A stretch of DNA of 64,000 nt, taken from assembly GCA_950097015.1 (NCBI GenBank), contig CATNEN010000011.1:4092001-4156000 (forward strand). The letters run 5' to 3'. The position numbers were made by a program, and so were the translations under genes. The stretch comes from Macrostomum hystrix (taxonomy: Eukaryota; Animalia; Platyhelminthes). Of the stretch, positions 37,157 through 49,752 are shown piece by piece (the stretch's first letter is position 1; each line of letters starts with the position of its first letter). The notes under the pieces were generated by a model. That model searched no databases, was not told the DNA's origin, and saw only the letters and a list, made by a program, of their open reading frames with translations.

Positions 37157-39050
37157 TTTTATTTCCAATGCTTTACTCTTAAGTTGTATTTTAAACAACA
37201 ACGAATGACTGAAAATATAAACTGTATTAGTTTTGATACGAAAGGCAAAAAAGTAAAGTAAGTCTCAATATGTTTTCGAAACGCAAAAAATAACACTGTA
37301 GTTAAGGAGAATTCTTAAAAAAAGTAAACGTAGCAGAAATGTATCAATATATTTGAACACACTACGATGTGTCTTATTTAAGGAAGGCAATGGTGTTGCT
37401 ATTTGTAAATACAAATCAGTGAGGACAAACAATTGTGAGGATGTATTAAAAACTGTTTCTTTGAAATCTTTAAATCCGCGATCGTATCGACTTTGTTGGA
37501 TTAGTAAAACAAAGCAAATAGTTTTTACACATTGAAACTGATTGAAATATGTTACATTTTGCACTGCATTAGTCCTTAGAGTTACTTTGCACGAGTCTAG
37601 TCACAATACTAATATAGTTTGCTAAAAGCAACCCCTAATTAAGGACCGCTAGTGTTTGTCATCGGGCCCTTTCCAACAGCCTCCATTGCAGAAAATCCTT
37701 GCAAATCTAAAATTTTTTACCCTTAAATTCGCTTTTAGCTAAATAAATAGCATTGTTTATCTACATAGCTGCAGTCAAACGCATGCTTCCTTATAATTTT
37801 TCATTCATACGACATAAGTGATAGTAAAACGTAGACACAATTTTCGAAGCTTTATGAATTGCAACCAAGAACCCCTTTTGGGTAAGAAATTCACGCTTTA
37901 AGAAGAAGCCCTGAGAAGAAAAAGCATTTTAAATATTCAAATCGAATAGTATAATTAATACTGTCTTAATATCGCCCAACTAGGACTACTAAAAACAACA
38001 CTGAAGTTAACAACCACACTGCATAGTGTTATTTAGTTTAATAGTCCTTGATATTGCATCGATAAATCATGCTACCCCTTTGGTATATCATGCTAATACT
38101 CGACAAAACTTGGTACCCCTCGATAATTTATGTTATCCCCTCACAAATTCTTTCCCCACAAATTCCATTCCATTTGCTTGATATTCCATGCATATGCTAT
38201 CCATTGATATCTAGCGCGATGTTCTTTAGTTTCATATTTTCTTTTTATGTTTTCTAAATATAGAAAAAAAGTTGCTGCTTTGCTTGAAAAAATGCTTCAT
38301 TTTAAAAAGAATATTGCTTTTAGCAACGATTTAAATATTGTCTCCAAGTTTTGAATCTAATATATTGCAGCAATGCTTGAAACACTTTTTTAGTTTTGAA
38401 AATAAAATTTCTCAAACAGCTACGTATGCTCGAACAGTCTTCATTTAGTTTCGAATCCAGTCGAATATTACTTACAAGAATGCTTGAAAAAATTTGAAAT
38501 ATTAAATTAACGACGCTAATAGTTGTGCTCAAAGTATTTTCTTATATTTCTGAATCTAACAGCACTTGCAGCTACGAGCTATATATGCTCGAAAATAGTT
38601 TTCTTAGATTTGTATCGAACAACACTTGCAGCTGCTGCACTCAACTTTTTTTCTCATATCGAGAAAATTAATAGTGAAGCAAGCAGAGTAACGCATTTTC
38701 AGCTATTAGAGTAAATATTTTTATATTGATTATTTGCATAACGCATGTAAAGAAATTTATTTATAAAAATTTGCCTTTTTATACAGCATTCGACTCTTTA
38801 ACAGTCAGAAGATAATCAGTTAATAAACAGTCAGAGCATACTCAAATAATCAGTCACAGCCTACTTAAATTAAGAGTTAAGGTAAAATTAAGCAAACTGT
38901 CTCAGCCTAATCACGTAAACAGTCCCAGCCTACTCAATTAGCATCCCTGATCCTAAACGATGGCATTTCTAATCCCAAAAAATGTCATCCCTAATCCCAA
39001 ATACGTCTGTCACCCTGATCACAAAGAATGTGATCTCTAATCCCCAACAG

Positions 39051-39567
39051 TATACGTGTCCGTGAGGCCGGCATCCTCCAACAAGGTGGCTTCCTTGCGT
39101 TCCCTCAAGCGTGGCAGGGGCGGCGGGCTCGAACAAGGTTGGCCGCAGCGGCTTCAGCGGAATTGATCCCCGAGGAAGTCCGTCAGAGAAAGTCAGGATC
39201 CTGCCCGTCGTGCCGCACCAGCGGACGCGTTGCTACGGTCTGTCAGTTGACCGCGGACCCAGCAGATGATGCAGACTGGCACGCCCTTGCGTCGGAGCTT
39301 GGCGATCTGGGCGGCTCTCCACAGGCGGCGGTCGTACGCTCTGGAGAAGTCCGCGAGCAGAGGAGCGGTCTGGTTCGCCGCCTTCTTCGTCTCGAAGCTC
39401 TCCGCGATGCACTTGGTAGCGCCGCCACCTGTTCCTCGGTCCTCGGAAGCCGGCCTGAGCTGGGTGCATGCAGTCAGTTGTTGCTCTCGATGAAGAACGC
39501 CAGTTTGACCAAGAACTCGGCCAGCTACCCAGCGCAGTTGAGGAGACAGATGAACCGGAAGCTGGAG
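39051..39567 (+). CDS. Orphan GC-rich coding exon, product unknown (weak death-domain-like DWHALASELG motif)
   Basis: Acceptor ccccaacag at 39050, open frame of ~172 codons, strong donor GAG|gtgagc at 39568. Neighbouring exons were not identified. Confidence 0.45.
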
Positions 39568-39700
39568 GTGAGCCCTGCCAGCGTTAAGCCTTTCAGTGTG
39601 CTATTTTGGTCGAATGCAATTCAATTAATGAAATCAATATAGATCTCTCAGTATGGCACTGATACCAGAAGCCGGCTCAGTCTATGCACATTGGGCAGTA

Positions 39701-40977
39701 TAGGGATTGCAAAATCCCGGGATTGCCGGGATCCGAATATCTCTGCCATGGATAATTCCTGGATTATCAATCCCGGTAAATCCCGAGTATTCTCACTCCC
39801 GGAATCCCGGAGTAGAATATGATCGCAATAGAGACTCAACAATTGCCTACTATACGTACACCCATAAGAATTGTTCTCAAACCCACAAAATCGTATGTTG
39901 TACACACGAGCTACTACTACTGATTTTGCTTACTTGATTTGCTTGATTTGGCAACTTTGCTAATATATATATTAATAAATCCTTACAACTGGGCATCCCA
40001 AGGTATTTGAGAGTCACGGCGTCAGTTTCTTGTAAAATACCTTAGTTAGTTAAGAACCAAGACTTTCTTGCAAGTTTCTAATATGGATCACCTAAGGGGG
40101 TCGGTGGCAGAGTGGTCAACGCGTTTGCCTCTCGCACCAAGGTCCCTGAGCTCGATTCCTCGGCGAGGCCACATTTATTTGTGTGGCCTCGCCGCAGCCG
40201 CGGAGAGAAGGCTGGGGGCTTGTCGTGCAATTTACGCCCTAGAGGGCCAACCTCCAAGGCACAGTGAACTGTACACTGCCTGACGATGAGAAAGTCAGGG
40301 CAGATGTACACACCTGTGTGAGCCTGTGCCTGCGTATACATGAGTATCTGTGAGCGTGTGTGCTCAGGAGTCAGCGAAATGGGCGGAATTGCCTCCTCGC
40401 TGGCTGCGGGTCTAGTGTCACTAAACGATGTGCCATTGCCCGCAGCCCTCCTGCAATTATTATTATTATTATTATTGATCACTGAATGTCTTTTTAACTT
40501 CTTAATACTCGTAATATAATATAATACTTCTTAAAACTAGGAGTAAAAGAGATGCGCTTTGTATGTGCACTATTTAAACTCTATAAAATAACTTTTTTGT
40601 TAGCTTTTGTTTGGCTACAAGATTATGTAGCCAAACCACTGCGTCCACCATCACCTCAACAATCGCATTAGACTTACAAATTAAGATCTACAACTTAACA
40701 ACTCGCAACAATAACAAAAAACGCCTTACAATTCACACAAAACAGTTCTGAATTCATTCCTAGAAAACTGCTTTCCGATTCTCGCATTCATTATTCCGAT
40801 GACTAAACGATAGTCGAAAAAATGCATTGTAAAGTGAAGTGGAACTGAAAAATACATTATTAAAATCTAAAGTTCAAAAGTCTGTTCCTTCTTATCAATC
40901 CCGAAAAATCCCGGGATTCACAGATTTTAATCCCGGTTAAATCTCAACAAATTTTAATTCCGGGATTGCAAACCCCA
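39701..40977. mobile_element. Non-autonomous TIR DNA transposon with ATCCCGG subterminal repeats, containing a SINE-A insertion
   Basis: 5' tagggattgcaaaatcccgg and 3' ccgggattgcaaacccca are inverted repeats. The flanks TTGGGCAGTA and TTGGTCAGTA match at 9/10 positions. Confidence 0.7.
40096..40476 (+). mobile_element. SINE family A, full length reference copy
   Basis: A-box tggcagagtgg, B-box-like gagctcgattcc, body, and (ATT)n tail. Confidence 0.9.
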
Positions 40978-41892
40978 TTGGTCAGTAATTATCTCGCCTG
41001 TGAGGTTGACACGGCTATGCACATTTTGCAGTGAAATTTCATATCAGTGCGCTCGACTTACAAACCTGGCACTGATGAAATCAATAAAATTGGAACTGGA
41101 GTCCTCACTGTAAAAATCCATCAGAAAAGCCTGTCTAAAACATTTATTCCCTTTTTATCCCCTTAGCAATGAAGTTTAGGTTAGTAGAAATACGTGTACC
41201 GATTCGGGCCCATTTGACGAAGAAGCGAAGAAAATCGGTTAAGCCGTTCGGGAGATACAGCGTTTAAACAAACAAACAAACAAACAATGGTTAGAGATTT
41301 AGTATACGTGATGAGTTCGAGCTATATTGAATGATGATGTGACCTTTCGTACTTTCAACCATGCAGCTAGCGTTTCTGATTAGCTCCACCAGCGTCAGTG
41401 TGACAACTTTGTGAAGACAGCGTTCACTAGGATTAGAGCAAGATGGACACAGACATAGATAGCCAATCAGAGAGGTTGAAGAGGTGGTTCGAGAGAGTTC
41501 AGCGATCCAATTAGCATTCAGTGCTTCTCAGATCTTTATTTATAATTTATAGGTGTCGAAATTCTTTGTGCAAGTAAATTAAAAATAAATAAATAAATAT
41601 TGGGAAATGCAAATAAGCAAAAAATAGTAGCGTTTTCACTGCCTAAATAATATTGATTAAGTAACAAGCAAAAAAGTAAATACTTGATCATTTAATACTT
41701 CTCGTAATAAACTAATTAGAAGTATTGCTTTTTCTAACAGGAAAAGTGTTTCTTTTGTTTGGCAAAAACATCTGATAGCAGAAATGTATCTTACAGTTGT
41801 TGAGAAAAAAGTTTCAGTAAGCAGATAGGGGTAAGAATATGAGGGGGTAAGAATGGCTCGTATGAGCCATTCAGAAGGCAGTCAATCAGAAG

Positions 41893-42240
41893 GCAATCAA
41901 AGGCAGAAAGGGTTAGAGAGTGTGAGCCAATCAGAGAGGCAGAAAGGGTTAGATAGTGTGAGCCAATCAGAGAGGCAGAAAGGGTTAGATAGTGTGAGCC
42001 AATCAGAGAGGCAGAAAAGGGTTAGAGAGTGTGAGCCAATCAGAGAGGCAGAAAAGGCTTAGAGAGTGTGAGCCAATCAGAGAGGCAGAAAGGGTTAGAG
42101 AGTGTGAGCCAATCAGAGAGGCAGAAAAGGCTTAGAGAGTGTGAGCCATTTAGAAAGGCAGAAAAGGCTTAGAGAGTGTGAGCCAATCAGAGAGGCAGAA
42201 AAGGCTTAGAGAGTGTAAGCCAATCAGAGACGCAGAAAGA
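41893..42240. repeat. 36-bp minisatellite, most units containing AGCCAATCAG
   Basis: About 10 units of GAGTGTGAGCCAATCAGAGAGGCAGAAA(A/G)GG(C/T)TTAGA-like sequence. Confidence 0.92.
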
Positions 42241-42846
42241 GAAAAATGGTGAGGCAATCTAGTAATGAGGGTAAGAGGGGTGTGAAGCAGTTTTCGAGGC
42301 TTTATCAAACGGTGCAAAAAAGCAATCGTTTTAAAAGTAAATTAACAAAACGAATTTTAGTTACAGACTATAAAATATTGTGAATTCCAGAGCTTTGCAA
42401 TAGGTTATGAGGTTAAAAGAAGTATAGTTTCCAGTGACTTGGCACGAAAGAGACAACAATTTTAATGATGATGGCTATCTATGACCAGGGTCATAGCCCC
42501 CGAAGAGGCTGTAGCCCATTGGTTAGAGCATTGGACTGATAACACAGAGGTCGTGAGTTCTAATATCTGCCATAGGCTGGGAATTCTTTCTATTATTATG
42601 ATAGAAAATGAAACAATGAATGATTAGATTGCAATCAAGATTAGGAACTGGATTTTAATTTCCATAAATAATACTATTTTGGTATTGCAGTCAGAAAATA
42701 TAAAAACAAAAGAAATTGCTAGTTAAACTAACGGCAGATCAAAAAGTTGCCAAGTGTTACAAATTCTACAAAAACTGATTGTTTGGTTTAGACTTTTTCC
42801 ATACATATCGGCAAGTTTATCATCAGCCTATTAACCGAGGCTGGGA

Positions 42847-45742
42847 TTAGAGCGCATCGTCGGGCTCCGTCCCGACGCCGGGCAGTCGAGGATCGCCATA
42901 GAGCATGGCCGCAGCTCCTGGCCGGAGGGTCTCCGCCAAGCTCACCAGCCGCCTGACCTCACCTGCCGAGCATGTCAGCTGGGCCACAACTGCCGGAATC
43001 CGGTCTGGCAGCCGGTCGATCAGGTGCAGCAGCAGGCGGGCTTGTTTGGCGCGCCGTTGTTGAAATAGGCGAAGCTGTGCAGACTGACCAGTTGACAGGC
43101 TCAGCAACCGGTGCACCAGGGGTTGCACCTGACGGTCAGAAACAACAAAGCTGTAATTAGGTTTCTTTCAGAGATACGAACTCACGACCTCACTAAAATG
43201 CGTGAAATCCCAAGCAAGCAAGATTAAGCAAAGCGCGCCAACGAACCTCAGACTCGGCCTTCTGAGCTGCGACAGGAGCGCTCGAGACGCTGGTGACGAG
43301 GCCGGCCTGCGAGAACCGTCGCCTCTCGCCGCCGCACAAGAGGCCGCGGCGTTCGCAGTAACGAGCCAGCGAGTGCAGTGGCTGGAGGCAGCAGCGGCGG
43401 ACGCTTCGGTCGCGCAGCTGGACAATGCACAGCGGTCTGGGCGAGGCCAGGCAGTGACCCGGGGAGCAGACAGCGGCCTCGGGGGCATTCGACAAGACCG
43501 TTGATTTCGTAGACGAATCGGAGTGAGTCGAGCTCCCGGCTCCGCTGGTGGCAGCCGCGGCAATGGCTGAACTGCCGGACGAACTGGCTGAAAGAGTTGA
43601 CGGAGCAGCTCCCTGAAATTGATTAGAGTGACAACAATAGAGTGAAACTCTATAGTGTTAACCGCTCTCTCTGAAGGCTCTCGTTGGCTGCAGGTATGAT
43701 TATTAATAATTAATGGACTCTCACCTGCAGGAAAAAATGACCGCCACTGTCCGTAGCGCCGTAGAGCTCGTCCGTGGCCGCCAGCAGCGCCGAACAGGCT
43801 CGCTCAGCTGGACTGTTAAACAGGGCCAAGGTCATCAGCACCAGGTTCACTCGCTCCCTGTCCCGACCAATCACAAGGCTGCGACCTTGGGCGGACAGGT
43901 GGCCCTCGATCGCGCGGGCTAGGAATGCCGGTTCCACATTGCGATCTGGTGCCAGAGCGGTGCGGCTGAGAGGCACTGGGTCTGGGAACCGGCCGCACTC
44001 CAACTGTTGAGTCAGTTCGTTGAATCGGTCAAGCAGTGTGCCGTAGTCCCTGACGGCTTGCTGTAGGCCCTGGGAGTGTAAGAAATTCGATTGACCGACT
44101 GAAAATTGCAAGGCCCTTTTAACAATGGGACTACGTTGCAAAGTGATATACAACTAATCGAGGTTGTAGCCAAGGACTTAGGACTTCGGACGCCTGAACA
44201 TGTGGTCTGGAGTTCGATTCTCAGCCTATGTAAAATAGCTTGGATCTTTGAGCAAGACTCCTGAGGGAATAATACACAACTGATGGGATAATACACAACT
44301 GATGGGATAATACACACCTGATGGGATAATACACAACTGATGGGATAATACACACCTGATGGGATAATACACAACTGATGGGATAATACACAACTGATGG
44401 GATAATACACAACTGATGGGATAATACACAACTGATGGGATAATACACAACTGATGGGATAATACACAACTGATGGGATAATACACAACTGATGGGATAA
44501 TACACAACTGATGGGATAATACACAACTGATGGGATAATACACAACTGATGGGATAATACATAACTGATGGGATAATACACAACTGATGGGATAATACAC
44601 AACTGATGGGATAATACACAACTGATGGCATAATACACAACTGATGGCATAATACACAACTGATGGGATAATACACAACTGATGGGATAATACACCACTG
44701 AGGGGATAATACAAAACTGATGGGATAATACACAACTGAGGGGATAATACACAACTGATGGGATAATACACAACTGATGGCATAATACACAACTGATGGG
44801 ATAATACACAACTGATGGGATAATACACAACTGATGGGATAATACACAACTGATGGGATAATACACAACTGATGGTATAATACACAACTCATGGCATAAT
44901 ACACAACTGATGGGATAATACACAACTGATGGCATAATACACAACTGATGGGATAATACACAACTGATGGGATAATACACCACTGAGGGGATAATACACA
45001 ACTGATGGGATAATACACAACTGAGGGGATAATACACAACTGATGGGATAATACACCACTGAGGGGATGATACACAACTGATGGGATAATACACCACTGA
45101 GGGGATAATACACACCTGATGGGATAATACACAACTGATGGGATAATACACCACTGAGGGGATAATACACAACTGATGGGATAATACACCACTGAGGGGA
45201 TAATACACCACTGAGGGGATAATACACCACTGAGGGGATACACCCTGAGGGGAGAGATACTATATTGTCTGAGAGTAATGAGAACATACCAAGCGATGCC
45301 TAGCCCTGAGCAGGTGCAGATTCCGATCGAAGAAGTCACAGATAAGCGGTCGCCAGGGCAGGCAAGCATCGGCATAGCCAGTCGCAGGAAACACCAGCAC
45401 AAAAGCAGTGGCAACTGGCGATTCTTTTGCGCCATTGAAACTTAGCACAGAGTCATAGGTGAAAGAGAACAATGCCACAGCCAGGGCTGGCAAGTGCAGC
45501 AGCTGGTGAGCGATGCACTTGAAGCCATTTCTGCCAGTTGGCTGAGCAACTCTACAGCTCAGACAGATTTTGCTTAACTGCTGATAGAGATGCTTTGTGT
45601 GCTCTGAATCATATTTGCCGGGTTTGCACCAAGTGTGAAGAAGGCTTGGGCCCAGCACATGAGACCAGGCGCACAGGAAGGCTCCTGACAGACAACTTTC
45701 TTCATCTATGGAGTCTTCAATAGGAACTTCCGATGGCAGCAT
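42847..45742 (-). CDS. C9orf72: C9orf72-like DENN-fold protein (~506 aa)
   Basis: Exons 45742-45290, 44069-43725 (5' boundary uncertain; a small extra exon near 44270-44200 is possible), 43612-43194, 43150-42847. Motifs align with C9orf72: LSGAFLCAWSHVLGPSLLHTW, FLARAIEGHLSAQGRSLVIGRDRERVNLVLMTLALFNSPAERACS, FFLQG, LAETLRPGAAAMLYGDP. Confidence 0.88.
44270..45250. repeat. 19-bp minisatellite (GGGATAATACACAACTGAT), ~50 units, C9orf72 intron 1
   Basis: Direct reading; the 19-aa periodicity corresponds to 3 units. Confidence 0.96.
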
Positions 45743-47916
45743 TGTCTGATAAACTATGGCTAAAACAGAAATTTATTGCCAACAATTTACAGTTAGTATA
45801 GAAAAAATTCCTAAAACGAAAACAAGTATATATTATTGTTTCAAATATCAAGGTACATACAGCGTGCCTCATGTAAACATTCACCTAGATACAGTTTATC
45901 TAGGCAAATCAATAAATTAGCCATAACAATTATATTTCTACTAACTAGCTGTTGTCTTGATAAGCTAAAATCTAAACTGGCTTTCTTGGTATACTAAAAT
46001 TGTAGTTTTTATATCTTAAAATTTAAATGTCTATAGTGCATTTATAATAGTTAATGTCAAGTTTAAAGATGTCACATTAAAGAATAAAAATATAAAATAT
46101 GCTTAAACCTAAAAGTCTTTACACAATAGGTACTTACAGCAAAAGCAATAACTAAAAGCTATTTAGACTTCTAGCTATTTAAAATTATATTGTTGATTAA
46201 AAAAGACTTTTAAAAGCTACTTTATTCGACAATTTAGTTTTTAATACTTTTTATCTATACATAAAAGGCTAAGTATAGTTAGTAAACCTATCTAAAGTGA
46301 ACAAAAAAGTTTAAATGACATGACAAACTGAATTACTAATAAACAAATCCTAAAATCGAGGACTTAACAGAAAAATAATAGTTCTTATTTATAACTTTAA
46401 AACTAAAAAACTTTATAACTAAATAATTTTATCGTTTATGGGTAGTATAAAAACGATTAGTAATAAGTTATCTAGCACTAAAAGAGGTAGCTAAAACCAG
46501 CGCGCAAAAAGAGCTGACAATGTGTCCAGATATTATTCATTATATATTCTAAATGATAAATAAAAGCTCCATTCACTCTGTTGCGAAACGGTGGAGTAAA
46601 ACATAATCATAAATTCTATTTAATGACCGTTTTTGCGTAGAAAATAAATGTACACCAAGATGAATGGGCCTTAATACTGTACGTCAGATTATACGTCACA
46701 CTCAGAATATAAATTTCGATTAGTTTTGCCTTTTCTTGGAAAATTTGTGATTCGAATCACGTTGTTAAAAAGTCATGATTTAAATAATAAATGTAAAATC
46801 GTGAGCATTTTATTGCCCATGACGCATTTATGCCATTGCGTGCAGTAACGTTCGTATTTCTAATAGATGAAGCACGTTATTATCCTTTTAAATTATTTAA
46901 TTTGTTATATTTTATTTCTCAAAATTTTGTAAAGTTTTAAATGTAACAAGTTTCTGCAGTAAGTGCAGTTGTTCAGATGTTGAGTGATTCCTGGATTCAT
47001 GGATTACATTTCTGACATGGATTTTGAATCTCAGCCCCAGGTAACAACCGTTTGCATCTTTGAGCTGCGATAGATGGGCTGCTGATGGCGCGAGCCCGCG
47101 TGCCTCAGCTCAGCTAGCGCCACTCTTCAGCGGCAGAGAGGAGCAAAAACCGCTGGCTACTCATTCAAGGTCACAATTACAGAACTTTTTGAGTCTTGCT
47201 TTTTAAGTACTTGCAATTTACAGCTAAGTTTTTTTCTCACAAATATTCCTCATCGTCGTGTGGCAGCGAATAGTTAGGATATTTTCTTATTTTTAATTCC
47301 CGCCACTTTTCTCACGCGCTAGCTATTTGTCGTAACATTCACGCAGTTGCTCTTTGTTCGTTGTATGCGCACTCAAGCATGACATGCACCCACCCCAATT
47401 TAGGTATATATATACAGAGAAGAATAAATTGTGACCGGTACGACCTGTACGACCTGTAAGCGATTCCACCTCCTACCAACTTTCCCCGTTCTGCTCCAGA
47501 ATTGTGTTCGCTACCAAATAAACCGTGTTATTTTCTAATAGGAATAAACGGATAAATCCCTTTACCTTCCCGATCCTCTCCCAAGGACCACTCATCAGCC
47601 TTTTTCACCCGAATCCACCCTGACCCCTTTGAACCCCAATGCCGCCCTGTATCCCACCTAAAAGGATCACTTTAAGTCTACCCGAAGTCCACCTGAGGCT
47701 TCTTAAATACGCCCCTGAAATCCAAAAACTCCGCCTTAATCCCCCTAATGAAATTAATCCCGGACCCCATAGAAGAAAGTAAGTGAGAGTGCGAAGGACT
47801 TTCACCTGCAGGCAACTTTGATCCATCCTGCAGATACGCCCCACCGACGTGTGCCCCAGATCAGTGACCTTAGCCCTCGTGCCAGCAGCAATAAATTCCT
47901 CTCCCATTGTTAGTAG

Positions 47917-48460
47917 CTAGTGTCTTGCCGCTCGGGCATTAGCGCTACCTTGGGTATAACCCGAACCGTCGAAGGCATCAGCGAACTTTGTGAGCCCGGG
48001 CAGCGCATTGCACTTGGCCAGACCGTCAGTCCAGCTCGTGGCGCTCAGCATCCTGTAGGTGGATCCGAAGTAGGAGTGGCCGAAGCCGTCGGGACACAGC
48101 TGACCGTCCGGCAGGCCCGCCTGATTGCAAACAAAGACCCACTCGAACTGGCTACAGTCGGTGCGGACCTTGTGGCTGCACCTGTCGAACACGAGAGCTC
48201 GACACCTGACGCCCGAGACGCTTCCGTCAGCGCTAGGCTGAGTCAGCTTGAAGGCCTGGCAGCTGCTGCCGAGCTTCGCGCAGGCCGCTGCGCACACGAT
48301 CTCGATGGTTCCATCTTCAGTTTGCAGCTCGCGAACGAACTCCGGTCTCAGGCACATGCGGACGAACTTCCGGGTGAAGCCCGCGTCCTGCGACCTGGCG
48401 ACAGTAACAGCGGCTGCCAGAAGCACTAGCAGTTGAATCAATTTGGCGAGTGGCACTAGT
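47917..48460 (-). pseudogene. PAN/apple + C-type lectin gene copy A, truncated
   Basis: Matches copy E up to TKFADAFD (~47960), then runs into unrelated sequence and a stop. Upstream it lacks the segment carrying copy E's ATG exon, although the flanks (tgtcacag and ccaatca.agcggcaagcatc) are shared. Confidence 0.7.
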
Positions 48461-49752
48461 ATTAGGATTTGGATAAAGACATTGTGAGTAAAGTACCGAT
48501 TAGAGTTCAATAAAATGTCACAGAAAAATGACTTTATGGACCAATCAGAGCGGCAAGCATCTATAGGAGTAAAGAATCAGTCCGTGATTAGTTTTGAAGC
48601 AAAAGGATGTTTGTCAGTCTGAATAATGGTAACCTGTTTGCTTCATAATTCACGGCTTGCAAGTATTGCAAATAATAGTTATTATTTTAGTTGGAGCTAC
48701 AATAACTGCTTATAACTTGATTTCATCAAAGCAGCCATTCATATGATGTGATATTATGATATATTGCTGTCAACTAACTTCGTCCTTTAATAATTCATGC
48801 CCTTGCATTATTGCTTTCAGTAGTAAGCTCCGCGTGAATGCAGTGCAATGCTTTTTAGTAAGGGTGGATTTATTTGTTTGTCAAAATATTTGCTAGTCTT
48901 TTGATGAGACAAATTACATCAGAAGCTTAGGTATGAATACTTAAAAACACACGTTGACATATGATCGAAATCGAGCACAATTTTCAAAAGCTGTGTGTGA
49001 CACGGGCTAAGCGATTGGTGACTTGTTTCTGCAATACTTCTTCAGTAGTCATATCGAGTGCTCAGGTAACTTTGGGCCAGTCTTCCCACGCTGTGCTCCA
49101 GCAGCCAATCAAAATCATTCCTTCACGTATCCCTACCCCACGTTGTCACAGCAATGTTTATGGCATCGTTGTGAAGTTATTCAGTGGATCTCTGTGGGTC
49201 CTTAACAGTTTTATAGGCTAGATGCCATGCGATATGATGCATGCCATAATGTTTTTCGTAATTTGCTGTCTTAGCGAATAAATTATTTATGAATAGTTCC
49301 AGTGTAGCGACTCAACTCTTATGAGTTCTGTGTTGACTCTCACGCCAGATAGGGATTTTCATAAATCCGTTTTATCACACATTCCATATTAAACATTATA
49401 GTGACGTTTGAAAAGGCTTCTGCAATTAAAATGCGTGATAAAAGCTTTGTTAGCTGGTACTTTCAATCAGCAGGTTTCAGCTTTGTCAAGTCATTCTCGG
49501 AATTATTATTGGTTGCACATATGACTGCCCGTACAATTTACTTCGCAGTCAAAACACAGAATTTAATGGTTGCTGACTTTAAAGTTTGAAAAATAGAAGT
49601 TTTAATAATATCCTATACGTTATTTCTTAATTTAAGGTCTTATTAAAAACATTTCAGTTAAAACGGATGCACTAGTGTCTAATGGTTAGGTAAAAAGTTA
49701 ACTTAAGCAATATGGCCTCTCTTAGACAAATCCTTGTACTTCGTAAAGGGTT

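Noticed and set aside
42505-42580. tRNA-like sequence (also SINE heads at 9394, 24288, 35613, 40096, 54267)
   Set aside because: A and B boxes are present but there is no closing acceptor stem; these are SINE heads or fragments, not tRNA genes.
44012-45435. ORFs of ~400 aa (PSVVYYPISCVLSHQLCII repeats)
   Set aside because: 19-bp minisatellite in C9orf72 intron 1.
47420-47916. Possible LTR or retroelement end adjoining truncated lectin copy A
   Set aside because: AATAAA motifs and distinct composition are present, but no paired LTR, PBS or recognisable ORF.
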